DNA from: an uncultured Clostridia bacterium
Lineage (GTDB): Bacteria > Bacillota > Clostridia > Oscillospirales > QAKW01
Assembly (NCBI GenBank): GCA_944387905.1
Contig: CALXGU010000001.1
Location: 1-33,043, forward strand
DNA length: 33,043 nucleotides
Direction of reading: 5' to 3'
The first letter of the stretch is position 1. The number at the start of each line of letters is the position of its first letter. Positions 7,020 through 14,945 of the stretch are shown in pieces. The notes beneath the pieces were generated by a model that did no database searches, had not been told where the DNA came from, and saw only the letters and a program-made list of their open reading frames with translations. The translations under genes and the position numbers were made by a program.

Positions 7020-7826
7020 TCAAAATCCACCGTCCAGAACAGATATAATAAATTCACTTACCTGCTGCTGCGTCACCTGCTCCGTTGACTCAAGCTCTGT
7101 ATATCTGTCATACAGCTTTCTGCTGTTTTCAGCGGTCTTTGCTATAAACTCGCTGTCCGGCAGCCACTGGTAGCCTTTGTCTTCTGAATAGGCGTCTTCG
7201 GCGGTATTTTTCTCATATATTTCAGTTATATATGCTCCGAATCTTTCAAGAATATTTTCCGGAGCAAAAAAATCGGCATTTTTAGTCTCAACAGCCGTCT
7301 TTGCCTTATCGTACTCTGCAAGGTACTCCTCCAGACTGCCGCAGGACAACGCCTCATAGGCGTTCTGCGCAAGAGTGACCATTCCCGCCATATCGATGCG
7401 CGGATACGCTGTCGTATAAATCGACAGAAGATATATCACCTCATCACCGTAGACCCAGGGCTGTGCCTCTATTATGTATTCCTCACCCTTTTTCATGTTT
7501 ATTCTGGACATAAAATACTCGGTCGTCCCGACACAGTAAAGCTTTGCCTGTCCCGTGGGAGTATAGCCGTCTATACTGCGTGTTATATCTACTGTATATA
7601 CGGTATATTCGGTTATGTCCAGATTATATTTTGTTATAAGCGCGTTTTCTGTGCTTATAGATTCGATGCTTCCGATAAATACATTTTTCTGCAGTTCTAA
7701 AGTATTTTCAAATCTTGTCGAAATTCCGGTATCGGTACCAACTATTTTCTGATCACCGGATTTTGTACATCCGGTACAAAACAGCACTATTATTACGGCA
7801 AGACAAATCAGTTTCTTTTTCATCAT
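7020..7826 (-). CDS. Hypothetical secreted protein, probable lipoprotein
   Basis: 268 aa. N-terminus MMKKKLICLAVIIVLFCTGCTKSG is a signal peptide with a lipobox-like TG|C. Its start overlaps the upstream stop (ATGA). Confidence 0.6.
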   Translation of the reverse strand: MMKKKLICLAVIIVLFCTGCTKSGDQKIVGTDTGISTRFENTLELQKNVFIGSIESISTENALITKYNLDITEYTVYTVDITRSIDGYTPTGQAKLYCVGTTEYFMSRINMKKGEEYIIEAQPWVYGDEVIYLLSIYTTAYPRIDMAGMVTLAQNAYEALSCGSLEEYLAEYDKAKTAVETKNADFFAPENILERFGAYITEIYEKNTAEDAYSEDKGYQWLPDSEFIAKTAENSRKLYDRYTELESTEQVTQQQVSEFIISVLDGGF

Positions 7827-9694
7827 TGCTCACCATTTTCACCGGTATCCCAGACCTGGTGTGTAGGATCTTTATCATCGGCATCCTGCGAAGGTCTCCA
7901 AACGCCGTGAGACGGCTGATCGCTGTCCGTGTCGGTATCGGTCGGCTGATCGCTGTTCGTGTCGGTATCGGTCGGCTGATCGCTGTCCGTATCGGTATCG
8001 GTCGGCTGATCGCTGTCCGTATCGGTATCGGTCGGCTGATCGCTGTCCGTGTCGGTATCGGTCGGCTGATCGCTGTCCGTATCGGTATCGGTCGGCTGAT
8101 CGCTGTCCGTGTCGGTATCGGTCGGACGCTCAACGTCAATGTCCGGGACGGCAATATCATCATCCATATCCGGCTCGGCGGGCTGCTCATTCTCATAAAC
8201 AGACGGGGAGTAAAGATCAACGATCTGTTTGAAATAAACGTCCTGTCTGTCATAAAAGCTCTGGAGCTTGAAATACATATCGGATATCTTGTCTGCAAAT
8301 TTAAACTGGTTTTCAGTTTCAATTTTATTCTTTATTGCCTCGGAAATACAGAACTGCGCAGAAAGATCAAGCTCAACGCCGGTATCTATAAGGTTTTTAT
8401 AAAAAACAGGGGTGGCATACTGATTTATCAGCATCGTATCGTTCAGACGGGCGATCTCCAGCATATCGCTGTAATCCGGCTTTATATAAACGCGAAGATA
8501 ATGCAGCGCCCACGAATCATAAGGATTTTCAACACGCAGAGTCATGCTGCTTATGTCAAACACATTCATATCCTGAGGCATTTCCAGCTTGAAAGTGGAT
8601 GTGGTCCCCAATTCAAAATCATCGGTCCCCAGGGTATCAAGCAGATAGCTCTGGGTAAAGCCTGAGTTGTCATCGGCGCTGAGAAATGTTACATCAAGGT
8701 AAATCCTGCCGTCATAATCAAGCGAATCCAGTTCCGGTATCTCAACGCCCTTTGTATAATAAGTAAGAATATCGTTTTGTATCTCGATATTTACTGTTTC
8801 TACATCCAGGTACAGATATTTTGCACCGTTGAGACCGAGCGAGTCGAGCGCATCAGACTTGAGCTGTGCATTTACAAGCTCAGACGCGCCTTTTTCGGCA
8901 AGCTCAAGATAATATGAGTAAATCTGTTTTGAACGGTTATATTTATTATTGGAGGAATGGACTATCTCCAAAGTGGACTGCTTTATCTCATTTTCACCGG
9001 AACCGAACACCGCAGTCTGCTGCCAGCTCTCACGGGCCAGCATCACAGTCTCGTTGCCGAGCAGGAAATACACGCGCGCCCAGCGGCAATACCAGCTGTC
9101 GTAGCTGTTATTGATATCGGGGAGTATCGCTATAGTATATTCTGTTATATCAAACGGCGTATATCCGAACGGAAGAATTATGGTAAAGGTATCGGTCATG
9201 CCGCTTTCAAAATTGTCGTAGTTGGAGTTATTGAGCGCAAACTCGGCTGTATTGCCGTCTGAAAATTTCAGTTTCAGATTCACATTGCCCCTGTCAAGAT
9301 CGACGCCTTTGGGGTTAATATAATTCTCATCGTCTGTTTTGAGCGTGACCTGGATACGGTTCGAAGAGCCCAGCGCGTACAGAGACTTAAGGTACCCGAC
9401 CGAATCATCGAATTCAGTCATGGTAAGTCTTTTGACGATTTTAGCGTCTGTATCAAAAAAAGCGTATGCGTATCTTGAAAAAAGCGAAACGGCCGCGCAC
9501 AGCAGTATAACCGCAAAAAGTGACACGCAGCCTGTAATGAACGGCACACTTTTTATAAAATCACGAAACTTTTTGCTTTTGAGAAAGTTTTTTGATTTTC
9601 TCAACGCGAATTTTATATTTATGACCAGCCATTTTTTCAGACGTTTTCTGTAAATCAGGTCATTTAATTTATCAATAAATCTTTTCAACAGCAT
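7823..9694 (-). CDS. Hypothetical single-pass membrane protein with two PLAT/LH2-like beta-sandwich repeats and a C-terminal acidic decapeptide array
   Basis: 623 aa. Basic N-terminus, then TM segment FITGCVSLFAVILLCAAVSLF. Two internally similar modules end ...DSWYCRWARVYFLL and ...DSWALHYLRVYIKP. The C-terminus carries 7 x PTDTDTDSDQ. SD AAAGGA lies upstream. The PLAT assignment is by motif pattern only. Confidence 0.6.
   Translation of the reverse strand: MLLKRFIDKLNDLIYRKRLKKWLVINIKFALRKSKNFLKSKKFRDFIKSVPFITGCVSLFAVILLCAAVSLFSRYAYAFFDTDAKIVKRLTMTEFDDSVGYLKSLYALGSSNRIQVTLKTDDENYINPKGVDLDRGNVNLKLKFSDGNTAEFALNNSNYDNFESGMTDTFTIILPFGYTPFDITEYTIAILPDINNSYDSWYCRWARVYFLLGNETVMLARESWQQTAVFGSGENEIKQSTLEIVHSSNNKYNRSKQIYSYYLELAEKGASELVNAQLKSDALDSLGLNGAKYLYLDVETVNIEIQNDILTYYTKGVEIPELDSLDYDGRIYLDVTFLSADDNSGFTQSYLLDTLGTDDFELGTTSTFKLEMPQDMNVFDISSMTLRVENPYDSWALHYLRVYIKPDYSDMLEIARLNDTMLINQYATPVFYKNLIDTGVELDLSAQFCISEAIKNKIETENQFKFADKISDMYFKLQSFYDRQDVYFKQIVDLYSPSVYENEQPAEPDMDDDIAVPDIDVERPTDTDTDSDQPTDTDTDSDQPTDTDTDSDQPTDTDTDSDQPTDTDTDSDQPTDTDTNSDQPTDTDTDSDQPSHGVWRPSQDADDKDPTHQVWDTGENGEQ
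7914..8123. repeat. Tandem repeat, 7 x 30 bp, in frame inside the CDS 7823-9694
   Basis: The unit GGCTGATCGCTGTCCGTGTCGGTATCGGTC repeats at exact 30-nt phase. Differences are G/A at one synonymous position and one C-to-T change giving D to N. Confidence 0.95.
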
Positions 9695-9837
9695 ATTTCC
9701 TTTCAGAGAAATAACAATACATTATAATTATATCATAAATAATTTGATTTTTAAATGTTTTTTTAAATTTAACATTTTTGTGAATAATGAAAAAATTATT
9801 GACAATAATATTTACGAGCCCAAAGGAGAGATGAAAA

Positions 9838-10062
9838 ATGATAGATAAGCTGGCGCTTACACTCGTGACCATCGGAGCTATCAACTGGGGCAGCGTCGGA
9901 CTGTTTAAGTTTGACATAGTGGGATTTATTTTCGGCGGTACCGACTCGCTTGTCAGCCGTATAATTTTCACACTCGTTGGCCTTGCGGGTCTGTGGACGA
10001 TTTCAATACTTTTCAAGAAAATCGTACCCGCGGATTCCGTTATTACCGAGAATCACGAATAA
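9838..10062 (+). CDS. DUF378-family small membrane protein
   Basis: 74 aa. LTLVTIGAINWGSVGLFKFDIVGFIFGG is the characteristic DUF378 motif. SD AAAGGAGAG lies upstream. Confidence 0.8.
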   Translation: MIDKLALTLVTIGAINWGSVGLFKFDIVGFIFGGTDSLVSRIIFTLVGLAGLWTISILFKKIVPADSVITENHE

Positions 10063-10096
10063 AAATCACGGCGGTTTGCCCGCCGTGATTTTTATT
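10061..10096. terminator. Bidirectional intrinsic terminator between the DUF378 gene and the ABC permease gene
   Basis: AAAAATCACGGCGG-tttg-CCCGCCGTGATTTTT is a GC-rich stem with flanking A and T runs. Confidence 0.75.
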
Positions 10097-10099
10097 TTG

Positions 10100-12790
10100 T
10101 CAATTATTTTCGTCTCGCAGAACGTCCATCGTGTTCTCCCGCCTGAGCCGTGACATGGAATAGACCATCGCTGAGAATACCACGGCAAATACGCTGAATA
10201 CCGATATGGCTATACTGTACCAGGGTATATAAAACTCGGTTATATATCCGTTTATTATCACTCCGTAAATCAAAAACGTTATGGCTATCGCCGCAGGAAT
10301 TCCTATCGCAAGTCCGCGCAGACCGCATATGATACACTCATAATTCATCATTTTATAAAAGCCTTTTCTTGTCATGCCCACCGATTTGAACATGGCAAGC
10401 TCGCGCCTGCGCATGAATATATTCATCGATACCGTATTAAATACATTGGTCATCGCTATAAGGGATATCAGTATTATGAAACCGTAGGCAAATACATTTA
10501 TTATAGTTATCAGATGTCTTTCACGCTCATACTGAGCGGCATAGTCGTACAGTCCCGATTTATCAGCGTTGATATCACTGAGTATGCGCGTCATGCTGTC
10601 ATAGCTTTTGCTGTGGTCGTCCGATAAAAACAGCATGTACGAGACTCCGCTTTCCATAAGCTCTTCGCCCGCGCTCTCAGGGTATATAAACGCAAGCTCG
10701 TCAAATACATAGTACGGATTTTTTTCCAGAAATCCCGCGATTTTAAGATCGGTTTTTTCCGACGCCTGCTGTATATCAATCTTAAGCATATCATCTTCGG
10801 TGACAGGCAGCTGCTCGTTATTTCCCATCACATCGGGGATATAATACGCCAATCCGTTCTTGACTGTATAAAAACTGTGCCCGTCGATTTGCTTCAGGTC
10901 ATAAACGCTCAGTGTATTTGTACTCATGATCTGCTGTTTGTTCAGGTATTCAAGCTTATACATTACAAGCTCTCCGTCATCATTGGGCTGATACATGGTG
11001 TAATTATCATAGACTATCGCGCCCGGATCGCTCATATCCACCTGTATACCGTTTTCTTGGGCAAGTTTTTTATACAAATCATCATCAATAAAATAATATG
11101 CCGGTGTTATCCTGTCAAGGTCCCCCGCATCATCGGATGACTGAGGCATACCGTTATACAATATACTGAGTGCACGGGCTGATACATATTCCCACTCAAC
11201 ATAATAGTTCATACCGTTATAGCGCGTGTACAGTATACTGTCTGTGACGTGCTCGGCCTGAGACAGCGCGTCATATACGGCACGGGTATCCTGAGAGTCT
11301 TGGTAGTTATATACGCTGTATCTCAGATCGTAATCGAGAGTATCGTCGTATGTGTTTGCAGAATCGGTGAGATATTTGCAGAATGACGACGCGGAAATAA
11401 ACAGCACCACGCTCACAAACAGCGAAAAGGTGGCGGCGCGGTAACGCTTTCTGTTGCGCTTGAAGTTTTTTGCAGCCACAAGCCCCTCAAAGCCAAAGAG
11501 CCGTCTTATTACAGGCGACATTCTGATCCTGACTTTTTTCACGCTGATATCGTTTGCGCTTGTCACCGCCTGCAGCGCAGGCACCCTTACGGCACGCACG
11601 GCCGGGACAAATGCGGAAATGAACGTCGTGACAACGCCGATGACCGCGGCTATCGCAAGCGCGGCGGGGGATATGACAAGCTTCAGTGCTATACCGCTGC
11701 CCACACTTAAAATATCTCCCAGAGATGTAAACGCTCCGGACAGAAAGTAAAACGTCAGCGCAATCCCCGCGCAGCCGGCAGCTATGCCTAACGGTACCGC
11801 GATAATGCACAGATACAACGCCTCGTAGTATACCGTGCGGCGTATCTGCTTGCCCGTGGCGCCTACAGACTTGAGTATCCCGAACTGACGCGTGCGCTCA
11901 CTTACCGATATTGAAAAGGAATTGTATATCAGCGCGACGGAGCCGAACATGATAAGCGCTACAAGTATTGCTCCCATCCCGAAAAACACGCGCATGGCGG
12001 CGGCATGACGGCTTATGCCGTAAAGCATCAATAGTTGCGTATTGGCCTTCGTGTTTTTGTACTCGGATATGTTTTCGTTTATAAAATCATAAGTATCCGA
12101 CGCGTTCTTGAGCTTATAAAACGCGTCATACGTCTGCGTATCCTCGCCCGTAGTAATACCTGTATATCCCGGGGCGCTGTACGGCTCTATCATGGTGTCA
12201 AAGCGCGAGTAAAATCCGACGACGGTATAAGTTTTGGTGACGCTTGTCACCAGCTTTTCATCTTCATCATACGCATCGTTCTGACCCAGTACGTCTTCGC
12301 CCTTCACACGCCTGCCGATATCAACGCTGAAGCTGTCGCCCAGCTTGTACTCCACGCTTCCGTTGGACGACAGGTGGAGCGGCAGTATTATCTCGCCGCT
12401 GTTTGACGGCAGTCTGCCGCTGCTCAGATGGATAGACACAAGCTTCGGCAGGTTTGTGGACATGCTGGTTATATACAGGTACGGCTTGTAAACATTTTGA
12501 GACCCGATATCTGCATACCCAATCTCTCCGAGCGTTTCTACCTGAGTTATTTTTTCGCGCTGTTCAAGACTTTTAAGCTGATCACTGTCAACACCCTGTG
12601 ACAGCGCGTGAAATCCTCCCACCTCATACTCTACGCCCTTTATAAGATACGAGCGCATACTCGCTATCGCCTCGGTCACCGCGGTAAACATCGCAACTGA
12701 CAGCACTATCCCAAGGATGGTGGCAAAGGTACGGGTCTTGTTTTTCATCAGCGAACGCAAAGTATATTTTCCCAGTATACTCACTTTCAA
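10100..12790 (-). CDS. ABC transporter permease with duplicated FtsX/MacB-type domains and large extracytoplasmic loops
   Basis: 896 aa. Two FtsX-like four-TM modules contain ...RTRQFGILKSVGATGKQI... and ...RRRELAMFKSVGMTRKGF.... The apparent TTG start overlaps the ATPase stop. Confidence 0.85.
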   Translation of the reverse strand: MKVSILGKYTLRSLMKNKTRTFATILGIVLSVAMFTAVTEAIASMRSYLIKGVEYEVGGFHALSQGVDSDQLKSLEQREKITQVETLGEIGYADIGSQNVYKPYLYITSMSTNLPKLVSIHLSSGRLPSNSGEIILPLHLSSNGSVEYKLGDSFSVDIGRRVKGEDVLGQNDAYDEDEKLVTSVTKTYTVVGFYSRFDTMIEPYSAPGYTGITTGEDTQTYDAFYKLKNASDTYDFINENISEYKNTKANTQLLMLYGISRHAAAMRVFFGMGAILVALIMFGSVALIYNSFSISVSERTRQFGILKSVGATGKQIRRTVYYEALYLCIIAVPLGIAAGCAGIALTFYFLSGAFTSLGDILSVGSGIALKLVISPAALAIAAVIGVVTTFISAFVPAVRAVRVPALQAVTSANDISVKKVRIRMSPVIRRLFGFEGLVAAKNFKRNRKRYRAATFSLFVSVVLFISASSFCKYLTDSANTYDDTLDYDLRYSVYNYQDSQDTRAVYDALSQAEHVTDSILYTRYNGMNYYVEWEYVSARALSILYNGMPQSSDDAGDLDRITPAYYFIDDDLYKKLAQENGIQVDMSDPGAIVYDNYTMYQPNDDGELVMYKLEYLNKQQIMSTNTLSVYDLKQIDGHSFYTVKNGLAYYIPDVMGNNEQLPVTEDDMLKIDIQQASEKTDLKIAGFLEKNPYYVFDELAFIYPESAGEELMESGVSYMLFLSDDHSKSYDSMTRILSDINADKSGLYDYAAQYERERHLITIINVFAYGFIILISLIAMTNVFNTVSMNIFMRRRELAMFKSVGMTRKGFYKMMNYECIICGLRGLAIGIPAAIAITFLIYGVIINGYITEFYIPWYSIAISVFSVFAVVFSAMVYSMSRLRRENTMDVLRDENN

Positions 12791-13473
12791 TACCCCCGTA
12801 CCCTGCTGTCGCGGGTTATTTTTCCGTCCTCGATAGATATTACCCGGTCTGCCTGAAGGGCGATATTTTCGTCATGCGTTATAACCACAAGAGTCTGGTT
12901 ATACTTTTTGTTTGACAGCTTCAAAAGCTCCACTATCTCCTGACTGTTCTTCGAGTCGAGATTTCCCGTAGGCTCGTCTGCAAGCACTACGGCAGGCGTA
13001 TTCATGAGCGCGCGGCCTATCGATACACGCTGCTGCTGACCGCCGGACAGCTGGTTGGGCAGATGTTTCTCCCTGCCGCGCAGGTTCAGTGTGTCCAGCA
13101 GATCGTCCAGGTAGTCGTTATTTACTCGCCTGCCGTCAAGCAGAACCGGCAGACACATGTTTTCAACCACATTCAGTATCGGTATAAGGTTATAAAACTG
13201 ATAAATAAGCCCGACATGGCGGCGTCTGAAAATAGCCAGCTGGTCTTCATTCTGGGCGTATATATCCTGACCGTCCATATAAATTTTACCTGAAGTCGGA
13301 CGGTCAACTCCGCCTATCATGTGCAAAAGCGTTGATTTACCGCTGCCGGAAGGACCGATGATCGACACAAACTCGCCTTTTTCTATGCTCAGCGACACTC
13401 CGTCAAGCGCGCGCACTTCGCCCTCGCCGCTTCCGTATATTTTTGTAAGATTTTCTATTCTGAGTATCTCCAT
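12787..13473 (-). CDS. ABC transporter ATP-binding protein (MacB/LolD-like)
   Basis: Walker A GPSGSGKST, signature LSGGQQQRV, Walker B VVLADEPT. I chose the start at 13473 (MEILRIENL) because AAGGAG lies 7 nt upstream. The track ORF starts 8 codons earlier. Confidence 0.9.
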   Translation of the reverse strand: MEILRIENLTKIYGSGEGEVRALDGVSLSIEKGEFVSIIGPSGSGKSTLLHMIGGVDRPTSGKIYMDGQDIYAQNEDQLAIFRRRHVGLIYQFYNLIPILNVVENMCLPVLLDGRRVNNDYLDDLLDTLNLRGREKHLPNQLSGGQQQRVSIGRALMNTPAVVLADEPTGNLDSKNSQEIVELLKLSNKKYNQTLVVITHDENIALQADRVISIEDGKITRDSRVRGY

Positions 13474-13559
13474 AAACCCACTCCTTTTTTTGCACATTAT
13501 ACAAAAGCATTATGACAATACGATGACGCGAAAATTACACTTTATTCACATAAATTATA

Positions 13560-13580
13560 AAGGCGGAATATATCCGCCTT
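13560..13580. terminator. Hairpin downstream of maa (weak terminator)
   Basis: AAGGCGGA-atata-TCCGCCTT has A/T-rich flanks on both sides but no long T-run. Confidence 0.4.
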
Positions 13581-13601
13581 TTATAAATTATCACCGCTGT
13601 C

Positions 13602-14204
13602 TCACAGCGTTATCTTTCTGTCTCTGAAATAATACATGCGGTCTCTCTCTCCGATGTCTCTGAGCACACGGCACGGATTTCCGACCGCTACGACATTTGC
13701 CGGGATATCCTTTGTGACAACACTTCCCGCGCCGATCACGGTATTGTCGCCTATAGTGACGCCCGGAAGTACTATCGCCCCCGCGCCCAGCCAGCAGTTG
13801 CTTCCGATATGTACAGGTGCGTTGAACTGCGCCGCCTTTAGCCTGAGCTCCGGCAGAACGGGGTGTGCGGCGGCAGCTATGATCACGTTCGGACCGATCA
13901 TTGTTGAAGATCCGATGTATATATGCGTGTCGTCCACAAGCGTAAGGTTGAAGTTGGCGTACACGTTATCTCCCAGGTGCACATGCTTTCCGCTCCAGTT
14001 GGCGTGCAGCGGCGGCTCTATATAGCAGTTTTCTCCGATCTGCGCGAACATTTCCTTCAGCAGCCGCCGGCGCTCCTGCTGCTGGGTCGGACGCGTCGAG
14101 TTGTAGTCATAAAGCTTTTCAAGGCATTTAAGCTGGCTCTCAACCAGCTTTTCGTCATTGCAGAAATAAATGTCGCCGTTATGCATTTTTTCTTCAACGG
14201 TCAT
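13602..14204 (-). CDS. maa: Maltose/galactoside O-acetyltransferase (left-handed beta-helix, hexapeptide repeats)
   Basis: N-terminal Mac domain (EKMHNGDIYFCNDEKLVESQLKCLEKLYDYN) followed by hexapeptide repeats (IGSNCWLGAGAIVLPGVTIGDNTVIGAGSVV). ATG at 14204 is preceded by AAGGAG. Confidence 0.8.
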   Translation of the reverse strand: MTVEEKMHNGDIYFCNDEKLVESQLKCLEKLYDYNSTRPTQQQERRRLLKEMFAQIGENCYIEPPLHANWSGKHVHLGDNVYANFNLTLVDDTHIYIGSSTMIGPNVIIAAAAHPVLPELRLKAAQFNAPVHIGSNCWLGAGAIVLPGVTIGDNTVIGAGSVVTKDIPANVVAVGNPCRVLRDIGERDRMYYFRDRKITL

Positions 14205-14218
14205 TGTACACACTCCTT

Positions 14219-14944
14219 TTAAAGTTCAAGAATAAGCCCCGGGCTTGCAGGATATACCGAAACGCTGTACTGCGGCGCGAACCGCGCAAGCGACTGTTCG
14301 GCGCTCGCCCTTGCAAGCAGAGGCGTATTATTGTTTTCACTCAGATGCGCAAGCACCGCGCGTCTCAGCCCAAAGCCGGCAAGCTCGGTTATGAATCCGG
14401 CGCAGTCGGAATTTGACAGATGGCCTCTGTCGGACATGATACGTGATTTAAGGGACGCGGAATAAAATCCGCCCTTAAGCATATCAATATCGTGATTGCT
14501 CTCCAGCATTATATTTTCGCAGCCGTAAAAAGCGCTGCGCATCGGCTGTGTGACAGTGCCTGTATCAGTCGCGATGCATATCGACTTTCCGGCACAGCTT
14601 ATCTTATATCCCACGCAGGGCACATCATGGCTGCACTCAAACGCCTGCACACAAAATTCACCGGTACATATCTGACCGTCGAAACGTTGGCACAGCATTA
14701 CATCCGTACCCGAATAGAACGGCGCGGACACTGCCCGGCGTATGACAGGCAGTCCCTTGATATGGTCGCTGTGACTGTGGGTTACAAACACCCCGCACAA
14801 GCTTTCAAGGCTTAGCCCCGCTTTGGCAAGCCCGCTTTTAAGTGTTTTCAAAGTCACGCCGCAGTCTACAAGGACCGCGGCGCCGTTATTCTCTATTACG
14901 GCAGCATTGGATTTACTGCCGGATGCAATAATTATCAGTTTCAA
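14219..14944 (-). CDS. MBL-fold metallo-hydrolase
   Basis: 241 aa with the HSHSDH zinc motif and an N-terminus typical of the family (IIASGSKSNAAV...VDCG). The apparent TTG start lies 1 nt after the upstream stop. Confidence 0.75.
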   Translation of the reverse strand: MKLIIIASGSKSNAAVIENNGAAVLVDCGVTLKTLKSGLAKAGLSLESLCGVFVTHSHSDHIKGLPVIRRAVSAPFYSGTDVMLCQRFDGQICTGEFCVQAFECSHDVPCVGYKISCAGKSICIATDTGTVTQPMRSAFYGCENIMLESNHDIDMLKGGFYSASLKSRIMSDRGHLSNSDCAGFITELAGFGLRRAVLAHLSENNNTPLLARASAEQSLARFAPQYSVSVYPASPGLILEL

Positions 14945-14945
14945 T

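Noticed and set aside
6245-8123. Possible CRISPR arrays (the 39-bp x 3 and 30-bp x 7 repeats)
   Set aside because: Both are head-to-tail tandem repeats with no intervening unique spacers. One is in frame within a CDS. No cas genes are in the window.
7715-8665. 316-aa plus-strand ORF and the 189-aa minus-strand ORF (7753-8322), both with striking repeats (GIGRLIAVRV... / RTAISRPIP...)
   Set aside because: Both are alternative-frame readings of the 30-bp tandem repeat inside the real CDS 7823-9694. They have no SD, low-complexity products, and they overlap a gene that has a signal/TM segment and a coherent domain layout.
9695-9837. TTGACA at 9800-9805 as the promoter of the DUF378 gene
   Set aside because: No acceptable -10 lies at 16-19 nt spacing, where the sequence runs into the SD. 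The region surely contains divergent promoters, but I cannot place them with confidence.
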